Part shown: positions 47,207-57,388 of the stretch, piece by piece
Numbering within the stretch: the first letter of the stretch is position 1
How the letters are laid out: every line of letters starts with the position of its first letter
Assembly: GCA_963795085.1 (NCBI GenBank)
Contig: CAWCFX010000004.1
Span: 32,001-96,000, forward strand
DNA length: 64,000 bases
Origin: an uncultured Gemmatimonadales bacterium
Lineage (GTDB): Bacteria; Gemmatimonadota; Gemmatimonadetes; Gemmatimonadales; GWC2-71-9
Direction: 5' to 3'
The notes under the pieces: model-generated
What the model saw: only the letters and a program-made list of their open reading frames with translations
What the model was told of the DNA's origin: nothing
The model's database searches: none
Made by a program: the position numbers and the translations under genes

Positions 47207-47251
47207 ATTGGCGATTCGCCACGGTTCATTGACCGTTGGCCAATCGCTAAT
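47207..47251. other. Intergenic long imperfect hairpin
   Basis: ATTGGCGATT..GCCACGGT-TCATTG-ACCGTTGGC..AATCGCTAAT. Confidence 0.5.
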
Positions 47252-47268
47252 CACGCAAGGGAGGAATC

Positions 47269-48135
47269 ATGGAGGTCCTGCTGGGCGTACTCGGGGCTCT
47301 CGTCGCGTATTCCTTCGCGAGCCTGCGGGTGATCAAGCAGTATGAGCGCGCGGTCACCTTCTTCCTGGGGCGTTTTTCGGGCACCAAGGGGCCGGGTGTG
47401 GTCTTCATTCCGTTCCTGCTGGCCACCCAGCGCCGGGTCTCGCTTCGCATCATGGCCCTGGACATCCCGCCCCAGGACGTCATCACCCGCGACAACGTCT
47501 CGGTCAAGGTGAACGCGGTGCTGTACATGAAGGTCAGCACACCGGAGAAGGCGATTATCGAAATCGAAGACTACCGCTACGCGACCAGCCAGTTGGCCCA
47601 GACTACGCTCCGCTCGGTGCTCGGGGAAGTAGAGCTGGACGAGCTGCTCGCCGACCGTGAAAAGATCAACGGTATCCTCAAGCGTATCATCGACGAGCGC
47701 ACCGATGCCTGGGGTATCGAAGTGTCGGCGGTGGAAGTCAAGGACGTGGACCTGCCCTCCGAGATGAAGCGGGCCATGGCGCGGCAGGCCGAGGCCGAAC
47801 GGGAGCGGCGGGCCAAGGTGATCGCCGCGCAGGGCGAGTTCCAGGCCTCGGAGACGCTCGCCGATGCCGCCCGGGTGCTCTCGGCCCAGCCGGTGGCGAT
47901 CCAGCTGCGCTACCTGCAGACGGTCACCGAGATCGCCGCCGAAAACAACTCGACCACCCTGTTTCCCATCCCCATCGAACTGTTCCGGCCCTTTCTGACC
48001 GCCGCCGAAAACCGGGCCGCCGGGAACCTGCCGGCCCAGCCGCCGGCCCAGCCACCCTCCCAGATCGAGGCTCCCGACCCTTCGCTCGCGCTGCCGGCGT
48101 TCAAGATGGGTGAGCCGGTGCGGCGGAAGGAGTAG
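47269..48135 (+). CDS. SPFH/stomatin-like (slipin) protein
   Basis: QDVITRDNVSVKVNAV, AQTTLRSVLG, AMARQAEAERERRAK, QLRYLQT. Confidence 0.95.
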   Translation: MEVLLGVLGALVAYSFASLRVIKQYERAVTFFLGRFSGTKGPGVVFIPFLLATQRRVSLRIMALDIPPQDVITRDNVSVKVNAVLYMKVSTPEKAIIEIEDYRYATSQLAQTTLRSVLGEVELDELLADREKINGILKRIIDERTDAWGIEVSAVEVKDVDLPSEMKRAMARQAEAERERRAKVIAAQGEFQASETLADAARVLSAQPVAIQLRYLQTVTEIAAENNSTTLFPIPIELFRPFLTAAENRAAGNLPAQPPAQPPSQIEAPDPSLALPAFKMGEPVRRKE

Positions 48136-48140
48136 CAGCC

Positions 48141-48992
48141 GTGACCAGCAACCGGCCGGCCCGAATCGACAAGGCAGCGCTGGAGCGGATCATCCAGCGC
48201 GCGTCCGAACTGCAGACCGGTTCCCACGACGTCGGCGACAACCTCACCGCCGACGAAGTTCTCAAACTGGGCCGCGACGTCGGCCTCGACGAGGGCTATC
48301 TCCAGCAGGCCATCCTGGAAGAAACCAACCGGGCCGAGCTCCCCGACGAGAGCGGGCTCTGGAACCGGGTGGTCGGACCCGGCATGGTCAGTTCTCAGCG
48401 GGTGGTCCAGGGCGAGGTCGAAGAAGTGACCGCCCGGCTGATTCGGTGGATCGAAGAGAACGAGCTGTTCATCGTGCAGCGGCAGCTGCATGGGCGGGTG
48501 TCGTGGGAACCGCTGGGCGGATTCCAGGCGGCGATCCGCCGGTCCACCGCGATGCTGGGCGGCGGCAAGCGGCCCTTCATGCTCGCCAGCGCCGATGGGG
48601 TGTCGGCCACGATGGTTCGACTGGAGCCGGGCTACTGCAACGTGGTGCTCACCGCGACGCTCCGAAAGACGCGCTCGGGTTACGTCGGCGGCTCCGCAGC
48701 GGTGGTTACGGTGTCCGGCCTCGCTGCGGCGGCCATCGCCGCCATGTCACCATTTCTCCTGTTTGCGCTGGCGCCTATCACCGTTGGTCTGGGAATCGGA
48801 TGGGTGATCGCCCGCCAGTATCGCCCGGTGGCTGAGCGGGTCATGCTGGGCCTCGAGTGCGCGCTGGACCAGCTGGAGCGGGGGACGGTCAAGCCGAAAC
48901 ACCTGCTCCCGGAAAAGACCCAGGGTCTCTTCGGAATCATCGCCGACGAAGTGAAAAAGGCGATCAAGCCCGACAATCGCCTGTCTCAATAA
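48141..48992 (+). CDS. Membrane hypothetical protein
   Basis: N-terminal LERIIQRASELQ...LGRDVGLD helical domain; two C-terminal TM segments. Confidence 0.8.
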   Translation: MTSNRPARIDKAALERIIQRASELQTGSHDVGDNLTADEVLKLGRDVGLDEGYLQQAILEETNRAELPDESGLWNRVVGPGMVSSQRVVQGEVEEVTARLIRWIEENELFIVQRQLHGRVSWEPLGGFQAAIRRSTAMLGGGKRPFMLASADGVSATMVRLEPGYCNVVLTATLRKTRSGYVGGSAAVVTVSGLAAAAIAAMSPFLLFALAPITVGLGIGWVIARQYRPVAERVMLGLECALDQLERGTVKPKHLLPEKTQGLFGIIADEVKKAIKPDNRLSQ

Positions 48993-49014
48993 TCCATTCC
49001 AAAGGACGTTTTGC

Positions 49015-49902
49015 ATGGCCGAGATCAAGAAGGTGGGAGTGCTGGGATGTGGACTGATGGGCAGCGGCATCGCCCAGGTCTCGGCTGCGGCCGGCTATCC
49101 CACCATCGTCCGGGAAGTGGCCCAGCCGCTGCTCGATAAGGGCAAGGCCAGCATCACCAAGTCGCTGGACAAGTTCGTGGAAAAGGGGAAGCTCCCCCAG
49201 GCCGAGCGGGACGCGGCGCTGGGACGGCTCTCCTTCGTGACCGACCTGGCCGCCCTCCAGGGATGCGACATCATCATCGAGGCGGTCACCGAGGATCTCG
49301 AGCTCAAGAACGGCATGTGGAAGGAACTGGACGGGATCTGTCCCGCCCATGCCATCTTCGCCTCCAATACGTCCAGTTTGACCATCGCGGCCATGGCGGC
49401 GGCCACCCGGCGGGCCGACCGGTTCGTGGGACTCCATTTCTTCAACCCGGTCCCCCTGATGCAACTGGTGGAGGTGGTCCGGACCGTGACCACCAGCCCC
49501 GACACATTCGAGAAGGCGCTCAACTTCGGCCGCAGCCTCGGCAAGGAGGCGGTGGCCGCCAAGGATAACTCGGGGTTCATCGTCAACCTCCTGCTGGTTC
49601 CCTACCTGCTGGATGCAATCCGTTCGCTGGAGCGGGGCGTAGGAAGTACGCTGGACATTGATAATGCGATGAAGCTGGGCTGCGGCTACCCCATGGGACC
49701 GTTTACCCTGCTCGATTTTGTGGGCAACGACACGACCTACAAGATCGCCGAGATCATGTTCGAGGAGTACCGGGAAACGCGGTACGCCCCGCCCCCCCTG
49801 CTCAGGCGCATGGTGCTGGCGGGGATGTACGGGCGGAAAAGCGGAAAAGGATTCTACGACTACTCGAACAACCCGCCCACCCCGGTGAACCTGGGGCTAT
49901 GA
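49015..49902 (+). CDS. 3-hydroxybutyryl/3-hydroxyacyl-CoA dehydrogenase
   Basis: GCGLMGSGIAQ, IIEAVTE, ASNTSS, GLHFFNP, GYPMGP. Confidence 0.96.
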   Translation: MAEIKKVGVLGCGLMGSGIAQVSAAAGYPTIVREVAQPLLDKGKASITKSLDKFVEKGKLPQAERDAALGRLSFVTDLAALQGCDIIIEAVTEDLELKNGMWKELDGICPAHAIFASNTSSLTIAAMAAATRRADRFVGLHFFNPVPLMQLVEVVRTVTTSPDTFEKALNFGRSLGKEAVAAKDNSGFIVNLLLVPYLLDAIRSLERGVGSTLDIDNAMKLGCGYPMGPFTLLDFVGNDTTYKIAEIMFEEYRETRYAPPPLLRRMVLAGMYGRKSGKGFYDYSNNPPTPVNLGL

Positions 49903-50429
49903 GCCGGCGGGCGGCGGAGGTCACGTGCGGCACCTCGTGGCGCCGGCCGCGAGCTTCCCGGCGGATCCTGGTGGGCGTCGGCCTGGCCTTGCTGGGCTGC
50001 CAGGCCAGCACCACCCGGCCGGTGTTCGGGCCAGTCTCGGGCGCACCCCGGGTGGTGCTCCAGATGGAAGTGGCCCGCGCCACCACCATCCTGGCGAGCG
50101 CGCTCCGGGCCGATAGCCTGCCGGTCGCGGCGCTGGAGCCGCGAGACGGATTCCTGGAGACGCCGTGGTTCGACAGCGCCACCAGCCGGCCCACCGGCCG
50201 GCGCCCCCTGGGACAGGGCGTGGTCCTGGTGCGCGGGTGGGTCGACCCGGATCGGCCGGGGTTCAGCCGGGTAACTGTAGAAACGGTCTTCCGCGATGTT
50301 GCGGACCCATCGCTCCCCGGGAGGGAACTCGACCGGGAAGTACCCCCAGATCACCCCGTATCCGTCCGGGTTCGCGCCGTGCTGGATACATTGAGGAAAC
50401 GCTATGGCGAGCCTGATCGATCTGGATAG
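49899..50429 (+). CDS. Hypothetical lipoprotein
   Basis: LALLGC lipobox; DGFLETPWFD. Confidence 0.7.
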   Translation: MSRRAAEVTCGTSWRRPRASRRILVGVGLALLGCQASTTRPVFGPVSGAPRVVLQMEVARATTILASALRADSLPVAALEPRDGFLETPWFDSATSRPTGRRPLGQGVVLVRGWVDPDRPGFSRVTVETVFRDVADPSLPGRELDREVPPDHPVSVRVRAVLDTLRKRYGEPDRSG

Positions 50430-50811
50430 CACATACCTGCCCGTAGGCCAGATGCGGCAGATTACCGCGGTAACGGCGTTCTATGGCACCACCATCGAGT
50501 GCGAGATGTCGCTGGAATCCCATTGGGTGTACCCGATCCACTTCCCCGACGATCCGATCCTCCCGGCCAGCCTGATGCTCGAGGCCGCCGGCCAGGTGAC
50601 CGCCCTCTGGGCCTGGCTCAGCGGCCAGCGGGGCAAGCCCCGGATGGTCAAGGCCTCGGGCGACTTCCGCGCCCCCTGCGGCCCCAGCGACGGCGTGCTC
50701 ACCTTCCGCGCCACGATTCGCAAGAAGCGGTTTCTGAATTTCGGATCGATATCGGTCCTGATTAACGGGGCCGAGATTGCCACGATCGAGAACTGTATCG
50801 CGGTGGTGTAA
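50404..50811 (+). CDS. FabA/FabZ-like hot-dog dehydratase
   Basis: HFPDDPILPASLMLEAAGQ. Confidence 0.88.
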   Translation: MASLIDLDSTYLPVGQMRQITAVTAFYGTTIECEMSLESHWVYPIHFPDDPILPASLMLEAAGQVTALWAWLSGQRGKPRMVKASGDFRAPCGPSDGVLTFRATIRKKRFLNFGSISVLINGAEIATIENCIAVV

Positions 50812-50910
50812 CCTCTCCATCCGCCCTTCGCCGCCGCCATTCGCTGCATGCCGGAGGCGGTCCACTGCACGACGCTTCATCCGGCCCCTCGGCACCGGTA
50901 CCTTTTCCTC

Positions 50911-51498
50911 ATGAACGATCGTTTCGCCCGGGCCGAACGAATCCCCCGGATCGCGGTGGCCGGCGGGCTCGGCCTGGCCCTCATTCTCGGGGTCATCGGG
51001 CTCGGCAACGGCCGGAAACTGGCTGCCCAGTTCTACCTGCGTGACCTTACGGTCTTCAAGGTGATGTTTACGGCCATTCTCACGGCCTTGCTGGGACTCT
51101 TCTGGCTGGGACAGGCGGGACTCCTGGACCTGTCCCGCATTCCGCTGACCCCGACCTACCTGCTGCCCCAACTGGTGGGCGGTCTCCTCTTTGGTGCCGG
51201 ATTCGTCATCGGCGGTTATTGCCCGGGAACCTCCTGTGTTGCCATCGCGAGCGGAAAACTCGATGCGCTGGGCGTATTCGGCGGCATGATGGCCGGCATT
51301 TTCCTGTATGGCGAGATCTACCCCTGGATTCGGGGGTTTGCCGATACCACGCCCATGGGACGAGTGAGTCTCCCCCAAGTGTTCTCGCTGCGTCCCGGTA
51401 TAGTGGTGGGTGTCGTGACCCTGATCGCCCTCGGCGGTTTTGCCCTCGCGACCCGAATCGAGCGGCGCCGGGGCAATCAACTCGTGGGCCCCGAATGA
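50911..51498 (+). CDS. YeeE/YedE thiosulfate/sulfur transporter family protein
   Basis: RKLAAQFYLRDLTVFKVMFTAI; GGLLFGAGFVIGGYCPGTS. Confidence 0.88.
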   Translation: MNDRFARAERIPRIAVAGGLGLALILGVIGLGNGRKLAAQFYLRDLTVFKVMFTAILTALLGLFWLGQAGLLDLSRIPLTPTYLLPQLVGGLLFGAGFVIGGYCPGTSCVAIASGKLDALGVFGGMMAGIFLYGEIYPWIRGFADTTPMGRVSLPQVFSLRPGIVVGVVTLIALGGFALATRIERRRGNQLVGPE

Positions 51499-52096
51499 CC
51501 GGCCGGTTCCTGGGCCTGGCCGCGTTGCTCATGGGTGGGGCAGCGGTGCTGATGCCCGACCAACCCGCTGGATCGACGCGCACGGAGCCGGCGCCCGCGG
51601 CCTCTCCCCCTGCGATCCGGCCTGAAGACCTTGCGGTTCGGAAGATGGATGGGGAATCGATGGGTTGATCCTGGTCGACCTGCGGCCGGCGGACGCATAT
51701 GACGCCTATCATATCCCCGGCGCCGTTCAGTCTGTCCCTCGAAACCTTGATGCTAACCTCCGGGATGAAAGCCTCATCGTCCTCTATGACCAGGCAGAAG
51801 AAATCGCCCCCCGGGTCGGGCAGCAGCTCCGAAACCGCGGCCACGTACAAGTACGATTCCTGGCCGGTGGAATGACCGCCTGGAGCGAGGAAGTTCTGCA
51901 TCCCACACTGCCGCCCGGGCTGGACCGGGACGCGGAACGAGTCTTCCTGGATAAGACGGAACGGAGTCGCTACTTCGGTGGTGCACCGGCGGCTGCTCCA
52001 CCAGCACCTGCCGCCAGGCAGTCTGGAGCCTCCAGCCGGCCCGGCACCCCCATACCGGAAGAAGTCACCCCCAGGCCCGGCGGCTGCCTGTACTAG
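51495..52096 (+). pseudogene. Rhodanese-like protein split by a frameshift near 51662-51665
   Basis: The N-terminal half (ATG 51495, signal peptide, AIRPEDLA) stops at TGA 51666-51668; LILVDLR..AYDAYHIPGA..FLAGGMTAW continues in the -1 frame. Confidence 0.7.
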
Positions 52097-52121
52097 AGGT
52101 GGCATCGCCGGGTGCCGCCGC

Positions 52122-52580
52122 TCAGCGCCGGGGCGACGCCGCGGCGTTATCCATATCCGCCGCGATCAGCCAGCGGCCGTCCGGCCCGAGTTTCAGCGCC
52201 AGCAGGAACTTACCTCCTGGCCCGGATGCACCGGGGTAGGTGTATCCCCCGACGATATATCCCACCGAGTCGGAGACTTCCCAGGCGAAGGCCCGCAGCC
52301 GCAGGTCGCCCGCCGGGCCGGTAACCAGGCCGGCGATTGCCTCCCTCCCCCGGAGCGGAAGCCGGCCATTGTTGAGGGCAAAACCAGTGGGCGTAAACAG
52401 CGCGGCCAGCGCCCCGCCGTCGCCCGCCTTCCAGGCGGTCTCGTAGTCCCGAAGCACCCTCTCCAGGGCGGGGGGAAGGGCAACCGGTTCGAGGCCGAGA
52501 GGATCGGCCGTCTGCGCGGCAGCCGGGAAGGCAGCGATTCCAAGACAGCCGGCAATCAGGAGAACCCGAACCCATCGCAT
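52122..52580 (-). CDS. Secreted NTF2-like (DUF4440) protein
   Basis: GGAGG SD; YETAWKAGD..LAALFT; GRWLIAADMDN. Confidence 0.85.
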   Translation of the reverse strand: MRWVRVLLIAGCLGIAAFPAAAQTADPLGLEPVALPPALERVLRDYETAWKAGDGGALAALFTPTGFALNNGRLPLRGREAIAGLVTGPAGDLRLRAFAWEVSDSVGYIVGGYTYPGASGPGGKFLLALKLGPDGRWLIAADMDNAAASPRR

Positions 52581-52736
52581 GAAGACCTCCGGAGGCAGTT
52601 ATAGGCACTGCAGGTTGATCAAGGATTTCGCGCTGGGATCTTCGGTCGCAGAATGTTCTTTCACGGCCATGTGAGGCCGCACTCACTGTTCGGATGTCGG
52701 GGTTGTTCCGGGGAGAGCGTACGGCAGCGCGCTTGG

Positions 52737-53534
52737 TCAGGCCACGTAGGATTTCACCCACTCCTCCAGCTTGGGCAGGTCGAGGAGTGCATCCTTGCAG
52801 GGACCGGCGGGCAGGGTCATGGTCAGCCCGAGGACCGGGATCTTGCCGGCGACATCGTGGAGGCCGCTCACCATGTCGCGTTCGCAGGCCACCGCCACCA
52901 CCGCGCGGGGCCGGCGCTCCCGGATCACCCGCCGGGCCAGTTGCCCCCGGGTGGCCACGAAGACGGGCACATCATAGCGCCCCGCGATCTCCAGCACGCC
53001 GTTCAGAGTCTCCTTTGACAGGCACCGGGGAATGAGCAATAGCAGCTCGCCCTTGCCCACCTTGCGGCCCCGCTCCAGCGCCAGGGCATTATAGACTTTC
53101 ACGGCGGCATTTTCGACCCAGTCCCGCCTGCCGAAGACCTGTGCCAGCCGGGAAGTCAGCCGCATGAGCCGAAGGAAGGGTCCCCGCTCCGCCAGCTTCT
53201 CCGGCAGCAGCGGCCGCCGGAGCGCCCAGCTGACCGTGATGAGGCCCCACCAGAGCCAGGAAAGCCCGGAGAGGATCGCCAGGCTCGTCCACAGCAGCGC
53301 AGGGATGGAAGTATGCAGCAGGGCCAGCCGGGGAGCTAGCAGGTAGGTCAGGGCGGCGAGAATGCCCAGCCCGACCGCCAGACCGCCGGCCGACCACGCC
53401 ATGAACAGCGCCGGGGGCGAGTCGAAGTTGCCCTGGTTGGGCAGCTCATTGCCGTCCCACTCGTCCCACTCGTGGCCGAGGCGGCGGTCAACTTCGATAT
53501 GGATGAGCTGGGCCCGGGGGGCGGGAGTTGCCAT
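52737..53534 (-). CDS. DUF116 domain membrane protein
   Basis: LLLIPRCL, FVATRG, AVVAVACERDM..G, GPCKD. Confidence 0.88.
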   Translation of the reverse strand: MATPAPRAQLIHIEVDRRLGHEWDEWDGNELPNQGNFDSPPALFMAWSAGGLAVGLGILAALTYLLAPRLALLHTSIPALLWTSLAILSGLSWLWWGLITVSWALRRPLLPEKLAERGPFLRLMRLTSRLAQVFGRRDWVENAAVKVYNALALERGRKVGKGELLLLIPRCLSKETLNGVLEIAGRYDVPVFVATRGQLARRVIRERRPRAVVAVACERDMVSGLHDVAGKIPVLGLTMTLPAGPCKDALLDLPKLEEWVKSYVA

Positions 53535-53619
53535 GGCTGGAAGATAGGCGCGGGGACAGGGGGTGTCACGGTGGGGGTCCAATTCGCTTACAATCCCTGA
53601 TCCCCCACCAGGAAGACTC

Positions 53620-54093
53620 ATGAGCGCTTCACTCTTTATCAGTACCGACGACCTGCTGGAACACTGGCAGGGCCACCGCCGCCTAACCCGGCGCTTCATC
53701 GACATTTACCCCGAGGACAGGATGGCCACCTACGCCATCGGGGGAATGCGCCCCTTTTCCGCCTACGTCCTGGAGTTTCTCGGCATGGGTACTCCAACCC
53801 TCCAGGGATTGGCCACTGGGAACTGGGACACCTCCCGGCGAGAGACCCCGACGACCACCCGGGCGGAGCTGCTCCGCATGTGGGACGAGGAGACCGTAAA
53901 CATCAACCGGCTGTGGCAGGAAGTACCGCCGGAAGCCTTTCAGCGGACCCACGTCGCCTTTGGCCAATGGAAGATGGCCGGCCACGCCCTGGTCATGTAC
54001 GTGATCGACAACGAGATCCATCACCGGGCCCAGGCCTCCGTCTATCTCCGATCGCTGGGGATTGAGCCGCCATTCTTTCCCGACCGAAGCTGA
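53620..54093 (+). CDS. DinB family protein
   Basis: HWQGHRRLTRR; YVIDNEIHHRAQASVYLRSLGIEPP. Confidence 0.92.
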   Translation: MSASLFISTDDLLEHWQGHRRLTRRFIDIYPEDRMATYAIGGMRPFSAYVLEFLGMGTPTLQGLATGNWDTSRRETPTTTRAELLRMWDEETVNINRLWQEVPPEAFQRTHVAFGQWKMAGHALVMYVIDNEIHHRAQASVYLRSLGIEPPFFPDRS

Positions 54094-54281
54094 GAGGGCG
54101 CTACCGCCTCCCCTCTCACCGCCTTGAACATGGGCGCAGACGCCACGACCGCCTCGTTCCGGCCCTGGGCCCGCCGGTCCGGTGCCTCCAGCAGGCTAAG
54201 CTCGGCATCGCACACCTGGGGGATTCGACCACGGCCCCTGGCAGTCCCGGGGTCCGCGCCCAACTCGCTATTTTTCCCGTC

Positions 54282-55886
54282 ATGATCCCCGCCCCCCCGA
54301 TCCGCGGTGAGTATCGCGACGATTCCCGTGCCCGGGCCCTCTACTCCGAGGGTGCCGGGATCTATCGAATCATCCCCCGGGGTGTCGCCTTCCCGGCGGA
54401 CGAAGCGGATGTCGTGGCCCTGGTCCGGTGGGCCGGCGCGCACGGTGTCCCCCTCGTGCCGCGCGGCGCCGGCAGCGCGGTGACCGGGAGTAACGTGGGC
54501 GCCGGCGTCATCGCGGACCTCACCCGCATGGCGCCGAAGATCCTCGAAGTGGACGCGGCCTCGGGCACCGCGCGCACCAGTGCCAACGTGCGGTGGGGAG
54601 AACTGGCCGCCGAGGCGGCATCGTATGGCCTCCGGCTGCCGCCGGACCCCTCCAGCGGACCATTCGCGACTCTGGGCGGCCTGGTCGCGACCAACGCGTC
54701 GGGGGCGATGAGCCTCCGCCACGGCAGCATGCGCCGGTGGGCGCAGGGCCTCACCTGCATCACCGGGACCGGAGAGCGGCTCATGGTTCACCGGTCCACC
54801 CGCACCCGCTTTGACCTGCCCCGCCGGTCGCTCGAGCAGGGCGCGGCCGCCATCCGGGCCCGCTTTCCGAGAACCAGCAAGAACTCCGCGGGGTATGCCC
54901 TCGACGCCTGGCTCGAGTCGGGCGATGCGATCGACCTCCTGGTCGGCTCCGAGGGGACGCTCGCGATCATCACCGAGATCAAGTGGCAACTCGCTCCGAT
55001 CCCCCCCCACCGGGCCGCACTCCACGTGGTACTGGACAGCCTGGACCGGCTGCCGACGGCTGTGGCAACCCTGCTCGGCTTCGAGCCCGTCACCGTCGAG
55101 CTCCTGGACCGCACTTTTCTTGATCTCGTGCTGGCGGGGCGTGGCAGTGAGGTGGTTCCCCCCGGCACCGAGAGCCTGCTGCTCGTCGAGTTCGAGGGGT
55201 CCAGCCTGCCGGAACTCCGGGAAGTCGTCGGCGCGGCGGCCGATGCCCTGGACCGGTTCGCTATCCACACAGACCGCATCACCACTCCGGAGCGGCAGGA
55301 GGCCATCTGGCGGCTGCGCCATGCGGCAAGTCCGATCATCGCCGACCTGCCGGCTGGCCGGCGGTCGCTCCAGGTCATCGAGGACGCCTGCGTTCCGGTC
55401 GCCCGGACCGGTGAGTACATTGAGGCGGTGAGGGCGGCGTCCGAACGGCACCGGGTGCCGGTCATCATCTTTGGCCATGCCGGCGATGGCAACATCCACG
55501 TGAACCTGATCCCGGACACTGAGGCGCCGAACTGGGAACCCCGGGTGATCGCCATGCAGCGAGAGGTCACGGAACGAGTCATCCAGCTGGGAGGTACCAC
55601 GACCGGCGAGCACGGCGATGGCCGGATCCGAAGCGCCGCCCTGGGGCAACTGTACGGGCCGGAGGTCACCGCCCTGTTCCGGGAGGTGAAAGCCGCGTTC
55701 GACCCCCTGGGTATTCTGAATCCGGATACCAAGCGTTTCGATGATCCCGGGGTACCGGTCTCCAACCTGAAAGCCGGAACGGGTGCCCAGCCCATCGCGC
55801 CGGACATCGCCGCCACCCTGCGGCGGATCGAGCGGGAAGGGGACTACTTCCGGGACCGGCTGAGCTTTATCCCTGGTCCGGCGTAG
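54282..55886 (+). CDS. FAD-binding oxidoreductase (GlcD/D-lactate dehydrogenase-like)
   Basis: PRGAGS, PPDPSS, GSEGTL, GHAGDGNIH, GEHGDG, FDPLGILNP. Confidence 0.92.
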   Translation: MIPAPPIRGEYRDDSRARALYSEGAGIYRIIPRGVAFPADEADVVALVRWAGAHGVPLVPRGAGSAVTGSNVGAGVIADLTRMAPKILEVDAASGTARTSANVRWGELAAEAASYGLRLPPDPSSGPFATLGGLVATNASGAMSLRHGSMRRWAQGLTCITGTGERLMVHRSTRTRFDLPRRSLEQGAAAIRARFPRTSKNSAGYALDAWLESGDAIDLLVGSEGTLAIITEIKWQLAPIPPHRAALHVVLDSLDRLPTAVATLLGFEPVTVELLDRTFLDLVLAGRGSEVVPPGTESLLLVEFEGSSLPELREVVGAAADALDRFAIHTDRITTPERQEAIWRLRHAASPIIADLPAGRRSLQVIEDACVPVARTGEYIEAVRAASERHRVPVIIFGHAGDGNIHVNLIPDTEAPNWEPRVIAMQREVTERVIQLGGTTTGEHGDGRIRSAALGQLYGPEVTALFREVKAAFDPLGILNPDTKRFDDPGVPVSNLKAGTGAQPIAPDIAATLRRIEREGDYFRDRLSFIPGPA

Positions 55887-55889
55887 AAA

Positions 55890-55932
55890 CCTGTCGCCTG
55901 TCACCTGTCACTTCTTTCATCTCACTTCTCGC
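55890..55932. repeat. Degenerate heptamer repeat (CCTGTCR)
   Basis: CCTGTCG CCTGTCA CCTGTCA CTTCTTT... Confidence 0.7.
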
Positions 55933-55934
55933 AG

Positions 55935-56729
55935 ATGCAGCCCTACCTCGACCTCGTGCGACATGTCCTCAGTTCCGGTACGGCCAAGTCGGACCGGACC
56001 GGGACGGGTACCCTGAGTGTCTTTGGCTACCAGTTGCGCTTCGACCTGGCCGAAGGCTTTCCTCTGGTCACCACCAAGAAGATCCACCTCAAGTCCATCA
56101 TCCACGAGTTGCTCTGGTTCCTGAAGGGTGACACCAACGTGGCCTACCTGCGGGAGCACGGGGTGAGTATCTGGAACGAGTGGGCCGACGCGGCGGGCGA
56201 ACTGGGCCCGGTCTATGGCTACCAGTGGCGGTCCTGGCCGGCGCCGGATGGGCGGCACATCGACCAGATCACCCAGGTCGTCGAGCAGATCCGGGCCAAC
56301 CCGAACTCCCGCCGCCTGGTCGTCAGCGCCTGGAACGTGGCGGACATCCCGAGGATGGCCCTGGCTCCCTGCCACGCCCTCTTCCAGTTCTACGTGAGCG
56401 AGGGCCGCCTCTCCTGCCAGCTCTACCAGCGGAGCGCCGACGTGTTCCTCGGGGTTCCCTTCAACATCGCCTCCTATGCCCTCCTCACCATGATGATGGC
56501 CCAGGTGACCGGCCTTCGAGCCGGGGATTTCATTCTCACCCTCGGCGACGCCCACCTCTATTCCAACCACCTGGACGCGGCCCGCCTTCAACTGGAACGG
56601 GCGCCCCGGCCCCGCCCCGCCATGCGGCTGAGCCCGGCCCCGCAGTCCATCTTCGACTTCCGATACGAGGATTTCCGGCTGGAGAACTACGACCCCTACC
56701 CGGCCATCCCGGCGCCCATCGCGGTATGA
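55935..56729 (+). CDS. thyA: Thymidylate synthase
   Basis: [45 protein letters not shown]. Confidence 0.98.
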   Translation: MQPYLDLVRHVLSSGTAKSDRTGTGTLSVFGYQLRFDLAEGFPLVTTKKIHLKSIIHELLWFLKGDTNVAYLREHGVSIWNEWADAAGELGPVYGYQWRSWPAPDGRHIDQITQVVEQIRANPNSRRLVVSAWNVADIPRMALAPCHALFQFYVSEGRLSCQLYQRSADVFLGVPFNIASYALLTMMMAQVTGLRAGDFILTLGDAHLYSNHLDAARLQLERAPRPRPAMRLSPAPQSIFDFRYEDFRLENYDPYPAIPAPIAV

Positions 56730-57244
56730 TGGTCATCGTGGTTGCCGCGGTGAGCGAGAACGGTATCATCGGCCGGAGCAACGCGCTCCCCTGGCACCTG
56801 CCCGCCGACCTGCGGCGGTTCAAGCAGCTGACCACGGGCCAGACCGTGGTAATGGGGCGCAAGACCTGGGAGTCGATCGGCCAGCCCCTCCCCAACCGCC
56901 GGTCCATCGTCATCTCCCGCACCCCCGGCTTCCGGCCCGAGGGAGCCGAGGTGGTCCCCGACTTTTCCGCCGCCCTTCTGGCCAGCCGGACCGGCGACCT
57001 CTTCGTCATCGGAGGTTCCCGGGTGTTCGAGGCGGCGCTTCCCCTCGCTGACCGGCTGGAACTGACCCGCGTCCACGCCTCGGTCCCCGGCGATGCCCAC
57101 TTCCCGGCGGTGGATCTTTCCGAGTGGAAACTGGTCGCCGAGGCGCGCCATCCGGCCGACGATCGGCACGCCCACCCCTTCTCTTTTCTCACCTACGACC
57201 GCCGCCGCGGCCCCCTCAGTTTCGAAAACGCCGACGCCTTCTGA
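56726..57244 (+). CDS. folA: Dihydrofolate reductase
   Basis: [39 protein letters not shown] overlap with thyA. Confidence 0.96.
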   Translation: MMVIVVAAVSENGIIGRSNALPWHLPADLRRFKQLTTGQTVVMGRKTWESIGQPLPNRRSIVISRTPGFRPEGAEVVPDFSAALLASRTGDLFVIGGSRVFEAALPLADRLELTRVHASVPGDAHFPAVDLSEWKLVAEARHPADDRHAHPFSFLTYDRRRGPLSFENADAF

Positions 57245-57388
57245 AGAATCCCGGACAAAATGTATTGTATTGTGATGGGCTTTTTCTTACTTTAGTTGTG
57301 CCATACGCATCAGACACAGCCGTCCGTTCCGGATTCACCGCTGTTCGTTCCGCCTCGCGCTGAGAGGCGACTCGTCTCAGAGGACCGT

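Noticed and set aside
51666..51668. TGA in the rhodanese gene as selenocysteine
   Set aside because: The domain continues in a different frame, so readthrough would not restore it.
32246..52096. selD, YeeE and rhodanese as one selenium cluster
   Set aside because: They are about 18 kb apart with unrelated operons between them, so there is no linkage evidence.
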